Positions 13,731 to 24,257 of a stretch of DNA of 24,257 nucleotides are shown piece after piece. The notes below the pieces were generated by a model. That model made no database searches. It saw only the letters and a program-made list of their open reading frames with translations, and had not been told where the DNA came from. The number at the start of each line of letters is the position of its first letter. Position 1 is the first letter of the stretch. Source of the stretch: a virus; the IMG/VR virus record IMGVR_UViG_3300045125_000073, positions 1-24,257 of that record. One strand, written 5' to 3'. The translations under genes were made by a program, and so were the position numbers.

Positions 13731-16700
13731 TTAACAAGACCAAGTTGTATTAGGCGCAGTAAATCCGCTACGAGCAGCTAGAATTGTAAAATCATCGATC
13801 ATTATTCTACCTAAAGATATACCAGAAAGTTTTGATATTTGAATATCCCATGATGGAAATCTGTTTGTTGGAGCTGTAAATATAGAAGAACATCCTGTGT
13901 TTACAGGTAGAAGTTATGCTGTTAAGAGTGTATGCTCCATAATTTCTAATTTGAGGAGTTTCTGTTGGTATAACAATAGCTTGGTTTTGTCTGAATACTG
14001 TGGAGTTTATCTGAGTTATTAGATTAACTTTAGTCTCATCGTGTACTGCGCCTCCACTAAGACCTAATCGTATGTCTAGTGCATAACTTTTTGTTTGTTG
14101 ATTGAAATCTGAACTATTAACAGAATTTTTGTGCTTCTAGTTCCAACCAATAGTTTAGATACTTGTATTGGTTGTGTGGATGTGAATGTCATAGTTACTC
14201 CAACATAATCACAGGTGTAACCACCGTCTATAAAATTTTGTCCTATGGGGCCAGTCCATCCCACATTCCATACTCTATTATTTGTATCAGAAATGGGTAA
14301 AATTGTTATACCCGGATCTGTTCCAGAAGTTGCTCCAGTATAACCAATCAAGAATCTATAATAAATTCTATCTGTAGGACCACTGGCTCCAGAACATATA
14401 CCACTTATTCCTGCAAAATCTGTTATTCGTATGGTTGAAGATACTTTATTGTACGGTTCATACGCTCAACTTTATTCCTCTTGTTACTTTACCTATCTGA
14501 TACTGATAAAATACTGAAGGACTAGTTCTATAATCTGCCTCTGGATTGTATTCATAGCCCCAAGAGGAGAACCTATTCCATTTTGAACCAGAGTAAAATT
14601 ACCAGAGGAAGCTGTTAAAGACCTTATGTTATAAGAATTAGTAAGATCCATAAACAAAGATCCACCAGTATTACCAAAAGATACTCCAGTTATAATTGCT
14701 GGTCTTGGGAAACTTGGTTTTTTATATTCGCCCAACTGCATTCTATTATGGCCTGCAGCATATTTTTCTTCAAAAAAACTGTTCTAGCTAGTACTACCAT
14801 CGTTTCGTATTTCTCCTGCTTCTAACAGTATTACAGCATCGCCCATATAGGCAGACAAGTGGCCTTCGTCTCGATGTGCTTTAGCATCAAATCGACCAGC
14901 ACCTTTACCCCATATACCAAAATAAACGGTTTACTAGTCAACGTTAACTGTTTATTAGTTTCTGGATCATATCCTTGATTCGGATCAGTGCTCTGTTGAT
15001 CTGGCATGACGAAATCAGTGTCCCAGGTAAATGTTTGATCGTCTGGGAAATAATTTCCTCGGTAGTAGGATCTGTACGGCTTAACTCCAGGAGTTTCTGG
15101 CGTATTTTTTAAGTTCATAAAAAAATAATTATTCATTCCTTTAAAGCTGCCACCCCAATACCTTTTATAAATTCCTAAACTCTCAGCTAAAAGCAGAACC
15201 GGGCGCGCCTCTTTCCGGATATTCTGAACCCAAAACTGCACCATGATATAAATCAATTCCTGCAATACTATAAACGTTTCCAGCACTATATTGATCACCA
15301 TTAACACTACCACAATTTATAATTAAATTGTTAGGCATGATACGACTGTGAAACCATCGCCACGCATTGTTTATCCAATGAGAATACGAAACACCGGCTC
15401 CGCGTTTTGTTACATTGTGTCCCAAAAGCCTTCTGTCTCCCATATTTTTCTATGTCTTGGAAGCAAATATAAAACTTCAGGCATTGCTACTACCGCATAA
15501 GCCCATCCCTCGGGCCATACTCCTGCTCTTTCTATTGAAGGATCAGAATCTAAAACACGCTCAAAGAATCCAGCTAAAATTTCTGTTAGGTGTATTATAA
15601 CATTCTGATAGCTGTCTTTTCTAAATTTGTTTCTGCATGCTCGTATAAGTACATTGCTGTTTTTATTACTACAACACAATTGCTCTAACCATTGATTAGA
15701 TGTAATCATCCCAAGATTATCTAAATCCCCTGCAGTATGTACACATCGTATTCAAGACGTGACCAATTTGCGTACCAAGGTCGTTTTTCCCATGTTTGCT
15801 TAACGTGAGAATACAACTCTTTAGTTAATAACATTCTAACATCTTTAATTAATTGGTCCCAGGATGGATCGTCTCTGTAGACGTTGGCCACCAGAAATCT
15901 TCTGGTGGACGATCAGACGTGGCTCCCGTCAACAAATATAATACATCCGTTAATGCGTCTCGACCAACGTGGTCATATATTGATTCTCCTGATCTGCTGT
16001 CCACCCTTGTGGAGACCGGCGTTTACGTTTACGCCCAATCCCAGATCAAAATCTACTGTTGCTCCTATAGGACCAGAAGAATTCTAATACCTCCGGATCT
16101 ACCACCATGGGTTACAGGATCATTGGTCCAAGAAAAGGTTATATTTTTATCCACGCTGTTAAGTGGTCTGGTTATAGGATAGTGAGATTTTAATTCTGTT
16201 AATATTATTTTTATTTTTTCTAAAATATCTTGATTAAATATTCTTGTTTGTACCTGTTTTATATAAACCAGGATTTGCTGTTCTATCTGCTATAACAGAA
16301 TTGTTGTGTTGTAGTAAAAATCTCCAAGCTATAGCAATGTCAACCAGTTGTCTGTATATTCCATTATATGTTGTATGTAAAAGATCAACTTGACCTAGAT
16401 TATACAGTACTTATTTCTAGAATTAGCCCATACTATGGTATTCGCAGCATCCCAATCAGATACACCAGATTTCCAATCCGATGAGGTTTAGAGTTTAAAT
16501 CATTAAACGAGTAGTGTCGTACGTATCGATTAGCTGTCCCGCCTCTTAGTGTGATTCTTTTGTTCCGTCTAAAGCTACCCACCATGCAGCAGGATCGTAT
16601 TTTTGTATTAATTGCTCTACAACACTATTTACTGCATTTCCTGGAGCCCCTTTAATGCCGTAATAATAAGACGTTTCGTGATAATTATTAAACATATTTG

Positions 16701-19700
16701 GCCCATAGTTACTGAAATATTTTTGCCAAATATAGCAGTTAATCCTTCAATTACTTCTTTCTTTATGTTTGTGGGTCTGTATTTTATATCTCCAGTCCAT
16801 GGAGTCAATCTTTTGAGGAGCAGGAACAAAAGTTCCAATTTACCTTTTTCTCTATAATTATCTTTTGTTCCTTGTGTATACTGTAAAACTTCAGAGGTAC
16901 TCCTTCAACGAATCCAGTGTCAGTATTACCGTAGTTGCTGTCTCCCAAGTTAAAAGAAGATTTTATTGCATAAGTGTATCCGACTCCAACAGATGCTGTA
17001 GTATCAAAAAACTCGTTATTTGTCACAGTTCCTAGTAAAGTAATTCCAGTTTCTGTATCAAAATTCAAACCAGTAAATACTTTGTATGAACTTGCTAAAG
17101 GCAATTTGTATTCCACTAATTCTAACTTTATCAGAAAACCACCTTTGATGTGCTTACACCTTTGGATGGGGATTAACATTTCTCCACCTCTTCAACTGGT
17201 CCGGTTTTATTTGTTTCATAAACTAAATCTGGCAATGCAGCAGACACATAATAGTCTTTTGTGGATCCTTGTGGTATGGTAGTGTCTGCAAAAAATGTAA
17301 ATCCAGTTGTTCCTCATTTTATTTGTTTTAGAACCAGAGTATATTCTATACTCCTGTGCGCCTGTTACTTTATTCCAAGATAATAAAATTTTATCTGAAT
17401 ATGTTCCATTAGATGCAGTCAGCCCCTACTGGAGCTTCTAATCCAACAAAACCCAAAACAATATTACTAAACGTGCTGTCTATAGACGCATCACTAAAAG
17501 CGGTAACAGCATATTGGAATGTTATTCCTGGATTTAGACCGGCATCGGTATCTATAAAATTAGTAGAATTAGCTGTTGTTAATCCCGATAAAGGATTGCC
17601 TCTATAAATTTTATAGTTTACGGTTCCTTGTGGTGCATTCCAGGACAGAACAATTCTGTCGCTAAAGGTCCCTTGTGATGCAACAAGACTAGACGGAGCA
17701 GCTATTCCTTTCCAACCAAAATCACCGATACTTCTAGGGCCCTCTCCTGCTAAATTAAAAGCAGAAACTTTATATTCAAAAGTTTGTCCAGGAAATCCAG
17801 AAACATCATCTAAAAATGTATTTGTAGTATTTTGAACCGTTTCGACACCTAAAGAATTTGTTTTATAAACACTGTAACCACTAATTCCCATTATGGTTAT
17901 TGGAGGAGTCCATGTAACTAAAACTTTATCTACAAAAGAACCATTTGATGCTAATATTCCTGATGGAGGCGTTTCTGGAGCTAATTGAATCACTGAACCC
18001 ATGGCAATAGGGCTGTATTGCACTATCTCCTAGAGTACATGATGCTTTTACTGCGTATTTACGCGTTTGACCGTATACAGCATTGATGTCTGTGAAAGAA
18101 AAATTAGAAGTTACTCCTAAAAGTTGAGCGGTTGTATCTGGATCTAAATATACTTTATAACCAGTAGCTCCACTCACCGGAGACCACGATAAATTTATCC
18201 TATCAGATAAATTATTAGATGCGGTTAAAATACTAGGAGCTGTTAATTTCATCCACCCAGTATTACCTTGACTTTGAGATCCTATTCCTGCAGAGTTTCT
18301 GGAAGCTACTGTATAATTTATTAATTGCCCCGGAGAAGGAGTATGGTCTATAGTTTCGTTTGTGGTTGCTCCAATTTGAGTTCCGTCTGCAAATACAATA
18401 TAACCACTTATTCCTGATACACTATTCCATGTAATATTAACTTTATTAGTAAATGCGCCATCGGAAGCGGATACTCCTGTTGGAGGATTTGGTAAAGAAA
18501 CAGGAAATCCCGTAGAACCTATATCGATGGGAGAAAAATCACTATCTCTAAAGAACAAGACGCTTTTACAGCATAAGCAAAAGTAGTGCCTATTGGAAGA
18601 CCGGAGTCAATGAATTGTGTTTCTGTACTTATTGTTCTTGCTAAAAAAGATAAACTGGTGGGCGTTCCTTTAAATATTTTATAAAAATTTGCTCCCTGTG
18701 AAGTAGACCAATTTAATGTAATTTGTTGAATAGCTGCTTGTTTAGATGCATTTAAGCTAGAAGGCGGCAAAATATTTACCCAACCAGTGTTTCCAGCACT
18801 TTGGTCCATCTCCTGCATTATTAAATGCTTTAACTTTATACTCAAAACAAATACCAGCAGGAGGAGTGTCTATAAAACTAGTGTTCTGTGTAACGCCTAA
18901 TAAATTATTGTTTTTAAATATTTTATAACCACTAATACCCTGTATACTTGTTGCCGTGTTCCAATTTATTATTATTTTATCAGTAAATATACCATCAGAT
19001 GCGGACACTCCGGTTGGAAAATTTTCTGGTGGTAATTGGGCAATAAACCCTGTATCTTGTGAACTAAAATCACTTTCGCTTAAATTGCTTACTGCCTTTA
19101 CCTTATATGTTATTATTTCACCGTATGTTACACCAACATCATCATAACTAATACCACTAATAGTTTGGTATTCTGTTGGTGATGTTCCTTTGTAGATTTT
19201 ATAAGAAGATGCACCATCTGAACTGTTCCAGTTTAAGCGAATCTTGTTTGTATATAAACCATCTGATGCTACAAAATTAGATGGTGGATTTAATTTTAAC
19301 CAACCAGAATTAGAAAAAGTTATCGGGCCTTCTCCACTTGAATTTACGGCTCCAATTCCATAAGTGTAAGAAACGCCTTGAATTGCTGTTGTATCTATAA
19401 ATTCGGTATCTAATATATTGGTTGCTATTCTGTTTGTTGAAGTGTCTCTATAAATATTATAATAAAATATAGAATTTACCGGAGTCCAATTTACTCTAAT
19501 AAAATTAGTAAATTCTCCAAATGAAGCTGTAACTCCTGTGGGAGCTTCTGGTGTTGTTGGTTGAATTAAAACACTTTGAATGTTACTAAAGTCACTGTCG
19601 CCAAGAGCACAAGAAGCTTTAATTTTATAATTATATGCAACTCCTTCTTTTATATTTTTATCGCTAAAAAATACAGAACTAGTTGCACCATATAAAGAAA

Positions 19701-20231
19701 ATTGATCTATTGCTGGAGCAGTCGCTTTATATATTTTATATCCTGTTGCTCCTTCTACAGATAACCAGTTGATTAGTATTTCTGGAGGAGACGTTTGTAT
19801 TATAGAGGATATTATTGGTTCTGATAATTTTTCTCCAACCAGAGAGTGTTACCGGTTTGCTTCTATACTCCAGACCGTCTAAATAAACAAAAGTTTTTAC
19901 CGAATAATTTGCTAATTTACCGGGTTGTTGTATATTATCTTGAAAAAAAGTATTTGTGGTTGTAGCTATTTCTTGTGTATTATTTTTAAAAATTTTATAA
20001 CCATCAACACCAGAAACTGCATCCCAAGATAAAGACACATTATCTTTAAAAGATCCGTTAGAAACAGTGAGACCAGAAACTAATAAATCAGTTTCTAAAA
20101 AATTACCAAAAGTTTCTAATATAAAAAATGTATTATTTTTTATTATTTTAATTGAAGTAATAACACCCAGTCGGGCTTGTTTGGTCTCCAACAATTGCTA
20201 CCAGATCTGGTACCAATAATTTTAATTTCAT
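13731..20231 (-). CDS. Giant (~2,160 aa) protein: ~12 fibronectin type III repeats fused to a heparinase II/III-like polysaccharide lyase
   Basis: AGGAGG-led ATG at 20231 (MKLKLLVPDL). The FN3 array spans about 20080-16900. The lyase-type motifs follow in the expected order: SNQW (15700-15689), GVWPEGWAY (~15520-15497), IINCGS, FGIWGKG...KAHRDEGHLSAYMGDAVILLEAG (~14925-14815) and AGHNRMQL (~14755-14735). It ends GFTAPNTTWSC-TAA. A single gene is inferred by bridging many indels. Confidence 0.7.
16900..20080 (-). repeat. Array of about 12 FN3 domains (~90 aa each)
   Basis: The repeated pattern is P-x-G-[VL]-x-AS-x-G-x-F-x-[DN]K[IV]-x-[IL]-x-W...GY-x-[IV][YF]...F-x-D...Y-x-V-x-A...G[DE][SG]. 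Confidence 0.88.
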
Positions 20232-20530
20232 ATCTCCTCCTTATCGATAGCAGAAGAAGATAAATTAGAATTTATAATTATTTGTGATCTTTCTAAATTA
20301 TACAAATATTCTATTTTACTTTCAATATCCTTGTAATAAGGATCGCGTGTAAACGCGTCCACTCTTTGTATATTTAAATTTTCTTGTTCTATAACTACAA
20401 GTTGTAATTTAACGGGTATTAAAAATTGTTTACTTGTTTTTTTTAAAGTAAATAAAAATACCTGTTTTGATGGTAATTGTTTTATTTCTGTAGAACTGAT
20501 CAGATCTGGTTGTCTTATTTTGAGTTTCAT
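20228..20530 (-). CDS. Hypothetical 100 aa protein sharing its N-terminus with the FN3-lyase
   Basis: Intact ORF whose TGA overlaps the ATG at 20231. It starts MKLKIRQPDL. Confidence 0.6.
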   Translation of the reverse strand: MKLKIRQPDLISSTEIKQLPSKQVFLFTLKKTSKQFLIPVKLQLVVIEQENLNIQRVDAFTRDPYYKDIESKIEYLYNLERSQIIINSNLSSSAIDKEEI

Positions 20531-20547
20531 GGAAATTGTAAAATACG

Positions 20548-20955
20548 TTATTCAGGTTTTACATCCAATCTTCCTCCCAACAAAACTTCAGAATAAGAAG
20601 TACCAAATTCTAAACGTAAACTATAAAATTGTTTGCCAACCGGTAAAGAATTTGTGGTTTCTTTATCTAATTCTATCAGGATACCACCAGTTATACCAGA
20701 ACCCGTATAGTTTGTATTTAACTGTATTCCACCAGAAGAAGCGAGTATTCCTTGTGAATTTGGACCGGTATAACCGTATCTTGCTTCTCCCAAACTAGCT
20801 TTTGCTAGAGGATAATCTGAATTTTTATATCTTTCAACTTTAAATTCTGCTGTATACGAAGATAAGTCTACAGGCGTATTATCGTCTTGTAAAAACTGAA
20901 CCCATGTAGTAAAAGTGGAATTTTTGTTTAAATTTAGGTCGTATTGAGCTGACAT
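20548..20955 (-). CDS. BppU N-terminal-like / baseplate-associated adaptor protein
   Basis: Intact 135 aa ORF: YDLNLNKNSTF...PVDLSSYTAEF...GILIELDKETTNSLPVGKQFYSL...LLGGRLDVKPE. This is the Ig-like pattern common in T4-like aquatic phages. Confidence 0.65.
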   Translation of the reverse strand: MSAQYDLNLNKNSTFTTWVQFLQDDNTPVDLSSYTAEFKVERYKNSDYPLAKASLGEARYGYTGPNSQGILASSGGIQLNTNYTGSGITGGILIELDKETTNSLPVGKQFYSLRLEFGTSYSEVLLGGRLDVKPE

Positions 20956-20961
20956 ATACAG

Positions 20962-20969
20962 TATATATT
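20962..20969 (-). promoter_or_regulatory. Possible variant late promoter AATATATA at the head of the structural block
   Basis: It sits in the 16 nt gap, 6 nt before the ATG at 20955, with spacing similar to the site at 13715-13722. It has two mismatches to TATAAATA. Confidence 0.3.
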
Positions 20970-20971
20970 AA

Positions 20972-22218
20972 TTATCGGCTGACAGGTTTTCGCTCCTTAA
21001 ACTTCTTTTTGGGTAAATGGGCGGGGAAAAGTGGCTGGTTTATGGTCTTTTTTTCGCTCTGTTTTTGAGCTTGTTCGTCCATTTGTTTTACCATTTCCAT
21101 CTGGTTGGTTTGTTCAAAACATCTAATATATTCGTTTAAATTATTTTGTACTCTAGCAACTTCATTTTCCGGCAGACGATTTTCTAACAGGAGTTTTTTG
21201 CATGCAGAATAACCCATATGGGGCTTGCCTGCATAAAATGCTGTAGATCCTATTTCATCCAAAATTCCGTATTTGTATACATCTTCAGAACACGAATAAA
21301 ATATCGTCTTGGGGATACGGAAGATCTGCTGCCATTTTTGCGTATAGGAATCCTAGACGAGGATGGCCCATAAGTCTATAAACTCTGGCAATTTGGTGTA
21401 GAGGCTCGGCCCTGAATGGACGAATTTCCCAGGCTTCTAAAAATGCTTGTTGTATTTCAATCCACGGCTTATTTTGTAAACCACGGCACATTCCTATACG
21501 GTAAGCGGCGTAGAATTGTTCTTCTTCCCAACCACCCATTTCTACACGCTTTTTATACGCTTCTTCTGCTTTATCCCATTGTTGGGAATCAAAATAACTC
21601 TGGGCAAGATAGAACTGATAACGAATATTATCGGGTTCTTTCTTTAGTGCTTCTTCTAGAACTTCTGCATCCTTTTTGTATTTTTCTACAGGAGTTATAT
21701 CTTTGTTACGAGCACCCAAGGTACGAGCAACAACTGCGTAATCTCTTTCTAATTTTTCCAATATTTGGTTGTCTGTTGTCTATAGTTGGGTATTCGTGTA
21801 GTACTCCAAGATACTTCCAGTCTCTTCCAGTTCTAAAAATCTGTGTTCTCCACCAAACAAAGTCTTGTCTACGGAACTTTAAAGCGAATCCGTCCACTTC
21901 TTGTGGTACATTTATTGGAAACTCAAACTTTCCTTCCACAAAGTCATCGGCATCAATCATCCATGCCCACTCAGCTTTTCCATCACATAACTGTAAAGCT
22001 TCGGTTCTATTATGGCCGAATCCTTCCCAAGGACGTTCATGTAGTTCTCCGGGTATGCCTTTTTCTGCAAAATAATTTCGTATTAGATCTTGAGTTCCGT
22101 CTGTTGAACCGGTATCAACAATAACCCAATAATCAATATATGGGTGAATAGAATCTAAGCACTCTTTGATAATGTGAGTTTCATTCTTAACGATCATTGA
22201 TAAGCATAATTTATGCAT
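20972..22218 (-). CDS. Family 2 glycosyltransferase with C-terminal TPR repeats (~415 aa; indels near 21750 and 21285)
   Basis: LCLSMIVKNE, VDTGSTDGT, DxD motif (MIDADD) and LHEY are followed by TPR helices (RYQFYLAQSYFD, AFLEAWEIRPFRAEPL). It joins three ORFs. Confidence 0.9.
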
Positions 22219-23002
22219 TAATTAAATCTCCGTTGCAAAGCATTTTGTATACATTATATATGCCTGATTGTAAACCTATTGTTTTTATAGGCATATAATG
22301 CGACTCTCCACAATAAAACTCTAACTTGTTTTTGTTGTCTATAATAATAGGAACTCTATATGAATCCAATTCATTAATAAAATCAGCAATATTTGTGAGG
22401 GTAAATTTTTGTTTATACGAACAATTAATAGTTTTATGTAGAGACTCTTCTTGAATATAATAATCTACCAACTCTATTAAATCTTTCATATAAAAGAAGT
22501 CCATGATTTTGTCTGTATGAACAACTATTGGCTCTTTATTAATGTATCTACGAATATTAGCTTTAATAAATCTAGTGTTTAATTCGTTTTCATCAAATGT
22601 TGCAAAAACACGAAGATTATAAAATCCTGAGTTTTTGCTATAGAATGGGCTATTAGTTATTTTACTCGCACCATAGTAACTGTCTGGGGCAAATATTTCT
22701 GCTCCGGAACCAAATGATATAAATTTTTTAAACTGGTGTTTATTCGCGTACAAATTATTGTACATAGCTATATTATCTTGAACTACTTTAGGAGTTTCTG
22801 GAACTAAGCGATTACCGCCAGTTATAGCTGTGTGGATAACAACGTCATATTCTCGTTCGTGAAACCATTCACATGTTTGATAATAATTGGTTAAATCAAA
22901 ATTACTGCGGGTTACAGTTGTTATCTGATATTTAGTTTTTAGTTGATTGTAAATACTTTTAGCAATATAACCATTACCACCCGTTATTAACACACTTTTC
23001 AT
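22211..23002 (-). CDS. NAD-dependent nucleotide-sugar epimerase/dehydratase/reductase (extended SDR)
   Basis: Rossmann motif LITGGNGYIA, HTA, FGSGAE, catalytic YGASK and MDFFYMKDL. Confidence 0.88.
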   Translation of the reverse strand: MKSVLITGGNGYIAKSIYNQLKTKYQITTVTRSNFDLTNYYQTCEWFHEREYDVVIHTAITGGNRLVPETPKVVQDNIAMYNNLYANKHQFKKFISFGSGAEIFAPDSYYGASKITNSPFYSKNSGFYNLRVFATFDENELNTRFIKANIRRYINKEPIVVHTDKIMDFFYMKDLIELVDYYIQEESLHKTINCSYKQKFTLTNIADFINELDSYRVPIIIDNKNKLEFYCGESHYMPIKTIGLQSGIYNVYKMLCNGDLINA

Positions 23003-24257
23003 AAATTAAATACATCCGATATAAACATATCTGTTAGATCGCCTGGAATTATTCTTCCTCAGAATCTATACCTTTATGTACAACTTTTTGGTTCATGTTT
23101 TTCGTATGGGTGTGTAAATAATTCACAAATAACAGGTCCCTTGTGTGTCATTATTTTTGGTAAAATTTTATCATATTGGTCATTAGTTTTAACACAAAAA
23201 TATTTAATTCCATATGCTTTGCTTATGGCTTTAAGGCTGGGGAAGCTAACCCCACTATCTTTTCCTGATGCTACTTCCTTTCCACCAAAGAAAGATTCTT
23301 GTGTTATTTTAATCGATAAATACCCATCATTGTTAATAACAAATATTTTCATTGGTAGTTGGTGATGAACTACAGTTTGCAATTCTTGTATATTCATTTG
23401 TAGACTTCCGTCACCTTCGATACATATTAATTCTTTATTGTCTACAAAACTAGCTCCTATAGCCGCAGGCAAACCATAACCCATACTAGCACAACCAACA
23501 TTTGTAAATAGTCTTTTGGTTTTCTTTTAATTTTAATCCTTGTAGTGTTACTACGTGTGCAGAACCATCACTGGTTATCACAGGAAGATTATCGCAATAA
23601 TTTTTTAATCTATCTATAAAATAATAGCTGCTGGCAAAAGTTTTCATATTAATATGTTTGTCATAAACATACTTTTGAGTATTTCTTAACTCAAGAATAT
23701 ATTGTCTCCATTCTTCTATATTAGCATATTTCATTACAGGAATAGAATTTAAAAAATTCTCCTATATCTGACACTATTTTAAGATCTATTTTAAATTTAT
23801 GTTTATCTATTTCGTTTTCGTCTATATCAATGTAAATTTTTTAGAATTAGGAGAAAATCCCGGTATATTATACCCAGTCATTTTAACATTCAATCTAGAT
23901 CCTAATATTATTAATAGATCTGCTTCTTGAACTATTTTATTTGAAGTTAATTGACCTAATATTCCTATTCTACCAGCATAATATTGATACGTATTGTCTA
24001 CACAATCTATACCAGAATGTACGCCTGTTAAAACAGGTATACCTGTTTGTTTTAATAACTTATCAAAGATTTCGTAACTTTTTGATAAACGAATTCCATT
24101 ACCAACAAGAAATACAGGCTCTTTTGCTTGCTTGATAAGTTCTAAAAAATTATTAATTTGTTCTATTGAAACATTCTTTTGTGGTTTTTGTTTACATCAT
24201 ATTGTTTTAACTCGGATAGCTTTACTATTGCTCCCTGAATATCCAAAGGTATATCAA
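22999..24257 (-). CDS. Thiamine-diphosphate-dependent enzyme, acetolactate synthase large subunit family (YerE-like); 5' end outside the window; several indels
   Basis: DIPLDIQG at the window edge, PVFLVGNGI, ADLLIILGSRL, MGYGLPAAIGA and the ThDP motif GDGSLQMN...NNDGYLSI. The corrected end is ...PGDLTDMFISDVFNL-TGA, overlapping the SDR ATG. Confidence 0.88.

Noticed and set aside
22999-24257. Calling the ThDP enzyme ilvB, a branched-chain amino acid AMG
   Set aside because: It is coupled to a nucleotide-sugar SDR and a glycosyltransferase, and no other ilv genes are visible. A YerE-like role fits better, so no gene symbol is given.

Overview
A 24 kb piece of a large T4-like (myovirus) phage genome. 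All real genes lie on the minus strand. The sequence carries many single-base indels, typical of unpolished long reads, so most ORF-track entries are fragments or antisense shadows. Re-joining the frames gives 15 genes. In transcription order (right to left) they are: (1) a sugar/glycan module with a ThDP-dependent acetolactate-synthase/YerE-like enzyme (5' end outside the window), an NAD-dependent epimerase/reductase and a GT2+TPR glycosyltransferase; (2) a ~20 kb late block of virion appendage genes: a BppU-like adaptor, a small protein, a ~2,160 aa protein with about 12 fibronectin-III repeats fused to a heparinase II/III-like polysaccharide lyase, two tandem paralogous beta-helix tailspikes, a two-block collagen-like fibre, a conserved structural protein, a Kelch-like/repeat protein, a long tail fibre and a probable fibre-assembly protein; (3) behind a sigma70-type promoter, a coupled dUTPase - Nmad1/DUF1599 - gp43 DNA polymerase unit (polymerase truncated by the window edge). 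The most interesting signals are the FN3-stalked lyase, which the ORF track does not show, and a possible phage-encoded virion O-glycosylation system: sugar enzymes plus GT2-TPR, with a G-x-T/S motif recurring across unrelated structural proteins. All family calls come from motif recognition by eye; no database searches were run.
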